NCBI GenBank assembly: GCA_977030845.1
Contig: OZ365109.1
Coordinates: 23,498,001-23,562,000, forward strand
Direction of reading: 5' to 3'
From: Fimbriosthenelais zetlandica
Lineage: Eukaryota
DNA length: 64,000 bases
The notes under the pieces are model-generated. The model searched no databases, was not told the origin of the DNA, and worked only from the letters and a program-made list of their open reading frames with translations. Within the stretch, counting starts at the first letter, position 1. Each line of letters starts with the position of its first letter. Of this stretch, positions 37,230 through 49,310 are shown in pieces. A program made the translations under genes and the position numbers.

Positions 37230-40200
37230 CTACATATTTTTATGTTTCTTTTTCAAGACTTCCAAGATATTGGGGGTGGATGATTAGCCTGTATCATCAT
37301 GTCATATTCCTAATAACATGTCAATCAAGCTATACACGCGAAGGTGTGGATATTATCGGAATGTAAATTATATTATACCATGTCTAATTAGTTTTATGAG
37401 AAAGGAAATCTGACGCCTTTCTATAGGTACTCTCCATACGATTTCTTCATTTGATTATGAGTTTGTTTTTCACCTTCTTCTGTGATAATGATGAAGGCTG
37501 GAAAGACTCGAGACAGAAATAAGATACTCCTAAGGGTAAGACCGAATAAGTTATCATACTGTCCCTCATCATCTTATAAAGCTTATATATATGGATGGCG
37601 TGTCATGTTGGTTATAAATATCTAAATACCACTACTGAGATATCGAATAGTAAAGGAGCTGGAAACATGCCATGTTATTAGCAAATTAGCTTAATCAGAC
37701 ATAAGTCATAAAACAGGTGTAGTATTTCAGTAGGATCGGTATTATAAATTGACTATGCAAGTTGTTGGCTATAGCCTGTTTCCCTATGATGGAAGAGTAG
37801 CAGGCAGCAGGCCAGCAGGCCCCGAACACAGCCTGATACTATTCTCGTCGGTTTTTGGTTGTTGCTAATATGGAGCAGGCTGCTTAATCTGGCAGGGTTC
37901 TGTTGGCTGCCCTCAAGTCCAGAGCCAGCAGGGCGGGCTGGTCGGTGGCCCGTCTCCGGGGAGAGACTGTAGCCCTCGGCCTATGTCCGGCCGGAGATGG
38001 ATAGCCCGACGGCACCCGGAGGACAAGGCCTCCAGGGTGGCCTCCAAATCTGTGCCTCCTCAGAACGACCATCCTGGGGATAGAGCTGGAATACACTGAC
38101 CACACAGAAATACAACAGTCTGGTCTTAGTTCTGTTGACCTCGTATGTTGTATAGACACAGATTTGATATTCCTACAAGTTTGGGAGAGTCATCCTGGCT
38201 GTGTGAATACATGAATGAGTTCAGAGTTTATAATATGAAACTCTTCATTTTCGTGAACAAAAAATGTGAAACTGCCATTCCCCTTTAGAAAAATATATAA
38301 AATAGAAGTGTGATGTTGATTCTTGTCTAAATGGGCAATGGTGCCCTTAATTTCATCTACGTATTTAACTTAATTACATCAAGTATTTAACTTGACGAAT
38401 GAATGTTATGGATGTGTAACATTATGGCTTATTAAAACGATCTCCTTTGCGATTCATAATTAATAGAAACTCTTGGCAAAGGTCAGAAATGGCGATGATG
38501 CTACACTCGACCGCCCTGGTGACACATCACCTCCTGTGATTAGAGAGTACATTTTTCAGAGGAAAAAGATAATTAACTTGTCTAGAAATATCAATCAGGA
38601 ATCCCTTCAGGCGTTTCTAATCTTTCAGACTGTTCCTCATTAAGAAGTGCTCAAAATTTCTTCCTTTACTATTTGATGGCATGGAGAATATTACTGACAT
38701 GGACAAAAGTGCTTTATCTGCTTAGCTTATTATCTTTTCAAGATGAATCTGGGATCGCCATTAATTTCCTAATACCCTTACGGATAGGGTGTCTTCCCTT
38801 ACTAAGCAGCAGCGCTAATAGGATGGGCTAGAGTGATACATAGGTGTGTCAAGTGATAATAGTGATTATTGTTTTCAGCACCAATAGATCGCTATCAAAT
38901 TGCATTTGCTCGATGTAATTTAATGGTCACGTATGCTGTCGCTTTTTTACTCAGGCTGTATTTATAAGATTATCGCAGGCATTGCCTTTCATCTAAAAGA
39001 TGTGGGTGTCTTGGCTGCAACGGTGATATGCTGGACTGACAATCCATCTTGGGCGACCTCGGTGTCAATCATTCATAGCTGTCAAGGCTAGATTGTGGTC
39101 TGGAGGTACGGACAGGAAGAAGGTGATGGACAAAAGAAGCTGTGAGTACGAAACTCCGGCAGGGTGTAAGGTCCTGATGGATAGATACAACCCTTTGTTG
39201 TGATATGTGTCGCATGAAAATGTAAAGGTTACTCTTCTTCATTCACTGAAGATAGCCCCGAGGAAGATGTTTGGTCTTTCCTCAGTAAACAAAATTGTCC
39301 CTTTAGGCTACAAATTTGGTGTGGACGGGAATGTATGAGGCTTATTATTATGATCTAAAACAGGTCACTCTCATCATAATTTTAAATTGAATGACATTTT
39401 CCAAAATCTTTAAACTCTGCATGGGTCGATCAGCCGGACCAGGGGTATGGAATCTTTATCATTGGGCCTTCCCTACCCCATGGATTATTCCCGTATTCCA
39501 TAGCTAAATCCGGTATTCCATGGTAGCCACAAGTAGCTAGTCCACCCAACCATACCATGTCAACTGAAGTAGCCTAGACCTAAGTTGTTGAAAACAGAAA
39601 TTAAATTCCATGTCTACATTTGGCTTTCCACAGCCTGAGGTTAGTCTAATATGATGCCGCTCACGAAAATGACTGTTATGACGCCACTTCACCAATTGTC
39701 GCAAGAAGAGCAGAAACAAATATGATCGCTGATAGCAGCTCTTCCGCTCGCTTGTAAACGATTTTGAAACCAGTTGTTATGGCAGATAATAAATACATGG
39801 GTTTTTTTTAATATGGTTGGCCGTTCTCCTCTCGGACAGGAGATTTCGTAATGCGTGCACTCACTTAAGACGTTTGCTTCTGTACGAAACTTTAATTGCC
39901 TTTTGGTATATGTAATGCCCTATGATATGTGTCACCTTCTCACTGTGTAATTGATTCGTTGACATTTGTCTAAGAATGGCGGCATTAATGGCTGAATGCT
40001 GCATATACATCCTAAAGGACTTCTCAACTTGCTTCTTATTATCCCGAGGCCTCCGTGGGAAGGAAATGAGGTTTTTCAGCCCTTTCAGAGGGAGCAAGAG
40101 AGACTGCTTTAGAGAAGGGGAATCTAGATGTGCTTATTCTTTTTAGGACCACATACTCGAAGGAAGAAGCTCACCCCAAAACTGAAATATAGGAATATAC

Positions 40201-41916
40201 AGGCCAGCTATAACTCATCCCAGATCCCATCCTTCATTTCGATCTATATATTTACTTGCCTCACTGCCTTCTCTTTTTTCAATAAATTAGTTTTTCTTTT
40301 CGGATTGGAACATTTCGAAATTGAACAGTTATATTGGTTTTAGGAACTGCCATCCATCACAACTGTTACTAAATCATTTTTGGGTTATACATAGGCCTAT
40401 ATTATTTTATAATAAGTCATAATAAGTCATTTTTTAGGGAGGTCTATGATGATAAAATAGATCAATATTGCCCTTGTCATTATTTGCGTTTCAGTAGAAT
40501 TAACAGAGTTTGAATTATCAAAAAAATATGCTAGTACGAGACATTCCATTAAGTATATTATACACTGAGGGAGCTTTCCCTTTCAATGGATGATGAAGAC
40601 GTCCCAGCTAGTACAATTACCACCTATAGGAGAGGCTTTTCACTGGTTTGCTAAAGGGTGAACCGCTCTATGAGCAAATCAAAAGCAGGGAGGGGAAATT
40701 GCCAGACGGCGGCTTGTAAAGATACGTCCCTAATATGGTGCCTCCCATATCCAGCATGAGAGGATTGAGAGATTGAATGTAGTTGACCCGTGCTTGTCCC
40801 TCTCTAGCAAGATGCTCCCAATCGAAAACTAAAAAGAAGTCTCGTTCCTATTGACGGAAGACCTGTCTATCCCCTAGATCCGATCATCACGAAAGATTAC
40901 AAATGACACTTCAAAGAAAGACTCCCCTCACATGCGACGTTTGAATTCTGTCCTGTTATTTTCCTTCTCCAATGATATGTGCTGTTGGTAAATTGGATCA
41001 ATAAAGAAGAGAGAAAATTGCTCAAGGGAGAGGCAGATCTAATGTACGAAAATTCAATTAGATTTGTCCATGTTATTGATTGGACGCAGGGTGCAAGATT
41101 CCTGTCAAAAACCTGAGGCAAACGCTTATGGATATTAAAAAAACTCAATCTCCGAAATGATTATTAAAGGATGATTTTTTGGACAACCTTATATTGGTAA
41201 AGCGGTCCACCACTTGGACACAAAAGCTTGCGATCACTCGAGATTGCAAATGGCCAGAGCTTGCAAGCAATGATGGTAGAAGCAACTGCGAATTTGATTG
41301 CAGTAATTCATAATTGTTAAACATTAAAATATTGGTTTAAGCTTTGTAATCTGGGACTGAACACTTAGTTACTAGTAATCTAATTGTGAAAGCCTCTTAC
41401 AACTTTAATATTATGGTAAAGCAATTCTCACGTACAGCAATAATGCCTCCTTGCAAATTGGGACGCCCCCTCCGCCAAAAAAATCTGGAATGTATTTGAT
41501 ATCACTTTCCAATTTACTAAAAGTCTGAGTTCCTCTTCACATATTCGTGAGATTAGAAAGTAAACAGATTGAACAAGGTGTGGGAGGCAAAGAGGAAACT
41601 AGATGTTCAATTTATATTATTGGGTCTTATGCACTTCCGCCCTTCATCAAATCTCAAATGAATAGAAACTTCAAGACGCAATCCTATTAATGCGAGAAGC
41701 ACTACATATTTATATTGAGGACACGTGCTGCGAACACATTTTATTACTTTCATCTTGGAGAAGTTAAATGAATGAGTTGCCCTCAGCGAGGAAATTATGT
41801 AAGGTTCCCCCTGATAAAGCTAATCTCTCCTTGGCAAAACACCAAGAAAATAGCATCAAAGTCTTGAAATCGAAAGCCAGATGGAATGGTTACGAAAAAG
41901 TCATCAAACCACAGAC

Positions 41917-41947
41917 GAGAGAGAGAGAGAGGGAGAGAGAGAGAGAG
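41917..41947. repeat. (GA)n microsatellite
   Basis: 31-nt GA run with one GG interruption. Confidence 0.95.
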
Positions 41948-42661
41948 TCTCTCAACTGTAAGGAGAATTCCCATCAAAACCTTCACCAAAGTTCATATTG
42001 ACACAAGTGATACATTGTCTTGGAGCTGCTAAAGGCAATATTGTTCTAAAGTGTTTCTTCGAGAATAGGGGGGTCTTTTCCTAGTGAATGAAGGACAGAT
42101 GCTGCCAATTTTCCAACAGACTAAAATACATTGGAAATCGTTTCACCTTATACTTTTATGAGAAGTACCCCCTGATGTCATCTGGCTTGATACAGCGCTA
42201 ACTCCGATCTCATCTATGATGCATGTGGTTACCTATGCATTCTCACCAAGGCGGCTCCAGCCATCCCCAATATTTCATTACGCCCCGCTGACAGTCCCAA
42301 TAACCCTCAATTGTGTTTCAGCGCGGGAACTCAACCAATTTTTGTCTGGGCTCGAATGACACAGGTTGGTGATCGGATTGCAGGGCTTATTTGAACATGC
42401 CCGTACTGCAGAGGTCTTGATAAGTTGCTCTGGCCGGGTGTAAGATTCACATCACGCAAAAGTCCGTGTGAGACAATCATAGGAGTCCACACAAATGCAA
42501 TAAAACAGCTTTATCATGCCCTCCCGGTGAGGTAATAATGCCCTCGTCTGGGCGCCATAGCTCTGTTCATATTCACTGAGCGGTGAGATGCTCGAGAGCG
42601 AGAGCAACTCAAAGATTCTGGTCCCAGAAGCATGTAGCAGACAGGTAAGTGGATAGGAGAG

Positions 42662-42889
42662 ATGATAAAGCTAGGTTTGAGAATTTGGCGTGACATAGCA
42701 CCAGGCGGGGATCGTATTCTCCTCCAGAGTGAAACGTGGAAACTCAACAAGACCCCTGCAGCAAGATGGAGGCATAGAAGGATTTGTAATGGGATTGTAT
42801 TCCAAGTTGGTACAACAGTCAGTGCACTGGTAAAAATATCCCCCAAAACCCAACTCCACGACCGTGTTTTGTTCTCATCAGACCTCTAG
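42662..42889 (+). pseudogene. Possible FN3-like fragment
   Basis: The ORF contains RWRHRRICNGIVFQV and SALVKISPKTQLHDRV (W...NG.I and l..l.P.T.y..rV patterns). Confidence 0.3.
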
Positions 42890-43928
42890 TACTGTAAGTT
42901 GTGGCTATATTCAATGGAGATAAAGTTGTATAATATGTGGGAACATATATATTTTAAGTCTTTAAATAGAACTATGTAATTGTATCATTTTTCATTCAGA
43001 GATCAAGGAATTTCCGTATGCAAGTTCAAAACCTGGTTGTATCATTTGAGCCCTGTTTGATATATTACTCAAAGAACTTTCCTTCTAATACACAGACAGA
43101 TAGTGGTCTCTCTAAAAATGGGACACACTTAGCCATGTTCTTTTTAAGATCTGCATACACGAGCCATCTTCTAGGGCAGTGTTTGCTTTGCTCTTAAAGT
43201 ATCAAATAGATGCTGCTTTTATGTTTCCTGATTCAACATTGCTAACTCAATATGATATGATTCTAAATAGGGAATTCATTTATACGCCAAGCCTCGTGAA
43301 TGGAATAGAAGTTGATTCGACTCTATTCTCCAGTCAGCTCAGTTGGAGTGCTATACCATTCAAGGTTAAACTTATTTTTGCCGCTTGATAATGAGACTTG
43401 GTCGATCCATGCCGATGCTGCTGCGTCGAGTGCCCTTTTGGATCATCAACACGACAGTGAGCCTGAAGAACAATTATCGTGGGACTTAGAAGCAATGAGC
43501 ACAGCTCATCTTCGCCAGATAAACGTAAATGAACGCCAGCTTAAGCAATTAAATCTGCATGCCCACTCGCCCGTCTCCCGACCAGTGTTTGTTTTTGGCA
43601 ATTGCTAAAACAATTAATAAATTATGAAAGTTGTTATCTCCTTATGTAGTGCAATACCCGGTGGAATTCAAAGCCTTTTTACGTGCCAGTTTTTACGTGA
43701 GTTTCCACCGATTTTATGCTGCCAGTGTACGTGATTCATGAGTAGTGCAAACGTTGGCTGGGTCTGGCAAAAAGACGGGGGAAGAAAACGCAGCCCTGCT
43801 GCCAGCGGGTAATCGACAAACCAAAGTTGTCATGTGATATGAACAATGGGATCCTTGGTCTACTCGCGCCTCGAGTCTTTCTGAAAACCCTCCAACTGAA
43901 ATCTGGTGATTGCATGTGGCAGGGATGG

Positions 43929-44370
43929 GGGGGCATAAACAAGGCTGGCAGGCTCCGAATGGACGACTCAGAGTTGAGAATTGAGCACTCTATACTGAAC
44001 TGGACGTCTCACGATACAGAGGTATATAAAGTACTGTAGAGTGCCATCTGTATATTAACGCAGTCTTTGAATGTCTCTGCATGCTCAACTCTCAATGCCA
44101 GGGTTTCACAGCCTTTGATGGGAGGCTAAACCATTGCTATTGATTGTGGGCTATGTCTCTATTGGGTGGGAGGAAACGTGGATGTTTACCGAGGAGACAA
44201 TGCCCTGAATACACATAAATGAGCCTGCCTGCCAGAAGTGATTGTGCCTATATCTCGCTGAGTTAGAGGGCAAAAAAAGCTGGTGATTCTATATTGCCAT
44301 CGCTCTACTCTTGGGTAAGCTCGCTCTTTCCAGCGTGCACTCCCCTGAGAATCAAGGCTGTTCAATCTGC
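43929..44370 (+). pseudogene. Possible FN3-like fragments
   Basis: GGINKAG...EHSILNWTS (43929-44010) and VSSLFPACTPLRIKAVQS (about 44315-44370) in two short ORFs. Confidence 0.3.
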
Positions 44371-45352
44371 TTGCGTGATTCTCGTTTCGCTCGCGAGTTG
44401 CTCAAAGGGGTTTCATTTTCGCTGGAAGCGAACCCTGTCCGGGGAGCCTAGCCATGGCTTGGTCCAGCACCGTGGTAACACACCGTGTCGCCTGTCTTCT
44501 ATAATTCATCACCCGTATTGTGTACCATCTTATCAGCCGTGACAGCATCCTTTGGTGTCGGGGGTTCTACCCTGATAGATCTTCGCATCTTGACTATGGG
44601 GCGACTGTGAAAAGGAGCGCCAACTCCAACGCTTCGTCGATACAGGCCCTGTCAATAAATCCACTTCTCCGCTGACTCTCAACCAGTAAGGCATAAAACA
44701 ATGGCGAATTATTTCATTCCTCAGCTCAGTCTGTGATTATAAAGCATTCCACATAGAGGCACTGAGCGCGGCTGTCAAAAAGCCTGTCCAACCAATGTCC
44801 GATCATGTAGGAGTCTTTGAGGAAGACATTTAGTATGAAATTTACTGTGACACAAGCAGTTGCCTATCCCCTCCTTTAGTACGTCTATAAACAATGTAGG
44901 TGTCAGAGCAATATGTGGCTCGATACGTCAAGGAGCCAGTGTCTAATTAGCAGCTAAAAGTAACTGGAAGGTTCCAAAGGGTGTCTCCAAAGAGAAATGG
45001 CAAGATCCACCAAACTGGTTTTCTCTCTGACTAAAAGAGGACTTCCCTCATTCAATAAAATGAAGTACATATAATTATTTATAAATATAATGTATGTTGT
45101 TAGGGTGCATCTAATAAGGTGTAACACAAAATAATTCATAATAGGTTATTTAAAAAGAGGAGGGAAATTGTCATTGAACTGCCATCAGCATGGATCATCG
45201 GTTCAGTTGAAAACACAAAAGTATAACATAAAGTGGACGGTTCGAACAATAAATAAGTTGGGACGTTGCCCTGTAATATAAGGGCTTCAACTAATTGGTG
45301 ATGAGACTCCTCTGTTCATTATGAATGATTGTTCCTTAGTGAGAACCTGCAT

Positions 45353-45428
45353 GAGCCCGTTTCAAAGTTGAATATTATAGCCGCATACTTGGCACACTGT
45401 TAATTTTGGAATAAGCTGCAATGCATAC
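45353..45428. mobile_element. Old diverged MITE family A copy
   Basis: GAGCCCGTTTCAAAGTTGAATATTATAGCCGCATACTTGGCA...TTTTGGAATAAGCTG aligns loosely end to end with the family consensus. Confidence 0.45.
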
Positions 45429-46643
45429 TTTGGATAGACATCCAAGCAAGAAAAAAACAAAATATTACTAATACAGGGTAGAGCTCTAGCTCCAAGTTGT
45501 GGCCAAGTTTGATCAACGTAAACATGTATACATGTATGTAATATTGATTAACTGAGGCTAATGGCTTAATCAATCTTGATTGCCTTCATTTTATGCACCA
45601 TTTAGCTCCAAGTGATGCATGTATCATAAACATTACGTCTCTGTTCCCTAAACTCCGTTCAATTACAGTTATGTATCAATTGGGCAAGGAGCACAGGTCT
45701 TTGCAACGTCTCATCAAAAAGGCAAAAGTGCTGAGCTTCGCAAAGCATCATTGCCACTATACAATGTATCTTTTATACATCATATATGTTTCCAGACGAC
45801 AACATCCTTATTGCCTCGCCCGAAATAATTTCTATTCTTTTCATGTCTCATTAGTTATAAAAGTGAAGTAACAACAAAGTGGATTCCAGGGAAGATTATT
45901 CCTGGTTGTTAAATTAGTTTTCTCTGACGTTGTCCATCTTAATCAAGTTTTAATGCGTAAATCATCTTTCGGTCAATGTAATTATTGTGAGTCCAGCCAA
46001 TGAGAAGAATGATTAAAATCTTAATGAAAATGGCCAAGTCCTCAAATGACATTTTAGAAATATTTGGCCATGAAAATAGGCCACCTCGTGGGTGGCAACC
46101 AGCCGCATTGCAAGCTCCTATGAAAGACCATATTTGGTCTTTGGTATTGCATTAAAATCAAATATCCCAGATAATTAAAACACCTTTCGGTTTCCATGCC
46201 CCAGAGTCATTTGACATTTCTATGGCAACTTGACCCTACATGATCGATTGAATTTCACCTCATTATTGGCACCACTTGGCCCTGTTCAATGCCTTAATAA
46301 AATGTAACACCTCACGGATGTAGCACTAATTGGTGGAGCATATGACGTGACCCTTTTAGTAATTTCAATGACGTCCGTCTACCATTTATCTTGCTGGAAA
46401 AACAATCCGGGTAGAATGTCAAGATTCAACAGTTCACCTCATGATGTACGGAGGAGCCTAAAAGGGCACCTCTATGAATGATCCCAAGGCAAAGCTATAC
46501 ATCTTTTGACCTTACAAATGATCTCGTGCCCATAGGGGCGTTTGTTGTAGATCGCCTATATGTTTCCACTAGAGAGATCAAGAGCCAGTGGTGTGCCTGA
46601 TGGACACAGGGGTGGAGAAAAGATGACTGAGGGAAGGGTAATG

Positions 46644-46936
46644 GACCCGACAACTTATACATTATGTCCTTAACCTTACAGGCATGAGTGCTTATAATAG
46701 TCTTGGCAGAGAGTACGGTTACCTCTCCTTGTTGCTCAAATTTGCCTAAAAGATGCCGTGATAATGGATAGGGTCGGCCAAGACAAGCACTTCTTATGAT
46801 AGAAGAGAGAAGAGAAGCGATAAAATCCGACAAAAGGTGTGGAATCATCGAGATAAAAATAAAAACATTGTCTGCACTGACTGGATGTGGCCATGGGCCC
46901 TCCACTCAAAGGCGGATATTAAAATCCACACCTTCT
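46644..46936 (+). pseudogene. Decayed titin-like FN3 repeats
   Basis: DPTTYTL (46644), MSAYNSLG (46684), then in one frame RDNG*GRPRQALLMIEERRE...EIKIKTLSALTGCGHGPSTQRRILKST (about 46757-46930). This matches the D.GG.P....IE.RE and A.T..G.GP.S patterns. Confidence 0.5.
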
Positions 46937-47536
46937 TCACAAAAAGCAAAGTGCACTTTCTTTAATTATTTTGGGGTAAAAAGTGAAAGGTATGAAAATA
47001 TTTTCCATTGATTAAAAGGGGATAAAAACGGTTGAACAAAGTAAATGGACTCAGTGTTTTCATTTGGATGTGTGCATGACCAACCAACACCAGGAGGAAT
47101 TCCTCTTTGAAGATACATCAGCCCTTGCAATGGTTCAGCACATAAACCTGTCGCTTAAATATTTAACCATCCAAGAAAAAAGCCATGGTGTCGAGATAAT
47201 CATGTTCTGCACTTGAACAAATGCAAATAGAGATATCAAAAACACGAGTGTGGAGGGAGAGGCTTTCCTGACACCTCATAAAACAAAGATGTCCCATTTG
47301 AAATGATATGCAAAAGCACAAAAAGGAGCTGAACATGCAGACAACTGCTTATGCTGCAGCATGTAGCAAAAATTAGGGCATGAAATCCCCATCAACTTTG
47401 CTCCATAAACAGGGAGGGACTTGACCATCATGTTGGGCCTTCTCGGTCATAAACCTTTTGGTAATGTGTTATGTGACAAAGAGTGCTCGGAGGAACATTT
47501 ATTGTGGACAAAGCTTTGTTTAGGCGGTGGATAATC

Positions 47537-47640
47537 GCGCTATCTGGGGTTACACCGAGATCCTCCTTGGCGGAGCTTCATGTTAATGGACTGAACCCCT
47601 GGCTCTGTAGGCACCTGTCAGCTTTAGAGACGGCTCACCT
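47537..47640 (+). pseudogene. Possible FN3-like fragment
   Basis: SGVTPRSSLAELHVNGLNPWLCRHLSA (VNGLNP matches the v.gL.P motif). Confidence 0.3.
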
Positions 47641-49310
47641 GATCTTCCATGCCAGGATTAAGGCTATCTCTGACGTCACCAACCTCGTTATGCCCTACAT
47701 TATGATGCCAATAATGCCGGGTAGCCACACGCCAAGAGGGGGAAAGAAAGAGAGATGGTTCCTTTAATCAATACTTCTCCCCAGCCAATGTAGAATGTGG
47801 AGAGCCACTTTGAGCGTGTGTCCCTTTTTGTCTCCAATTGTAACCATTGTTGTGGGAAGTAGTGGATTTTGTTGTCATCTGTGAATGGGGTTCATTTGTT
47901 TGCTGTATAATGTTGTGTAGTGCCGTGGTTTGAGTTTGCATGCATTGACCGTGACCCATCATCATTGGCTCTGCCTTCATTGTATCAGGTATAAGATTGA
48001 TCTGCCTCTTCATGTGGCCAGGGATAAAAAGGCAGGATGTATTGACCTGTGTATGAAGCTCTGAGGGACTTCAATCACAAACGCTCTATTGAGCTCGTCA
48101 AGTGGACAGTCAGCTTAAAATGGTGGACTTTTGTATAATTGAATAGTAATGGATTTTTTTTGGTACTTTTGACATCACTCAGTTTTGTAATGAGTGTATA
48201 CATGTTTTTTTTCGTGTTTACATCCATATAAGATTTCCCTTTTCCACTATTCCAAGTTTCTCGCTTAAAAGTTCAATTGAATGTCAAGTGATTTCAGGAG
48301 CAATTCCAGTCCGAGTTAATTCAAATAGATGGTTAAGGAAAAGCTTATAGACAAGCTCTAATCGTGGTCTATTTCCAGCCTTGTCCCATTATTGAAAACC
48401 ATGTGTGAATCTATGGCCTTTTACGCCTCTTGCCACACACCTCAAGACCACTGAAGTTCTCTCAGGGGTCTTCTATATGGTAGCACCGTATCAGAGTTAT
48501 CTGTGTCCTTTTTGGAGGCCTTTTCCATTAAATACATGAAGGTCTGGTCCTATTTTCCGCTTCTGGACCCTTTTTTCCGCAATCTCCTGTGTCGGAGGTC
48601 TTCAGATCGAGATGAACTGAAGCCAGGCTGTAGAGAGTGGGGGACCCCATAGAAGGTTGCTGCTGTGGTCACTGGCCTGTGAAATTGACGGAGTAGCCTT
48701 ATCAAGACCCTGCTGTGATCAGGGTGGCCCAAACGCCTGAGACTGGAGTGGATGCCATTACCATATCAAACCCCAGGTGGCTGATGCAGCCCACATTCAG
48801 ACAGATGCCCGACTCTCGGGGTCATCCACAAGACTAAATTAAATCAGGCCGGCACAGGCATCCACAGATGAGAGGGATCTCCCTAGAGGTCATTGTTACA
48901 TGGGATTTATAGGAGATCAAGGATCAGGCTCACTGTTTCTAAGTGACTTCTGCTCTAGAGATGACTGGATAAGCTACGACCTCGTGTAGGCTACCAAGCT
49001 TACATCTCTGTACCTAATGTCTGCAGGACATCATCATAAAATGTCAGTCATAATAAGTGGAAGAGGCGATGTCCCAGTTATGGACTTTCTTATATTCATG
49101 GAGCGATGGATGTGGAGGAGAAGAGGCGGCATGTTAACCCACTTAGATAACCGCCTGGCATCATTGTTATTGTCTGCGGGCTTGGGGCCAGACATGAGAT
49201 AAGGATGAATGGAAACATAAACAGACGCTGTTGGCATTATCAGAGCGTTGAAGGCATTCCTCCAAACACCGATTCTGATTATCAGACATTACGTGTCACA
49301 TGAAATGTCA

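Noticed and set aside
42671-42859. Minus ORF with CCTNLEYNPITN...CCRGLV read as a galaxin/usherin-type Cys-dyad repeat
   Set aside because: Stops on both sides, no splice sites, and a competing FN3-like reading on the plus strand; cannot be decided by eye.
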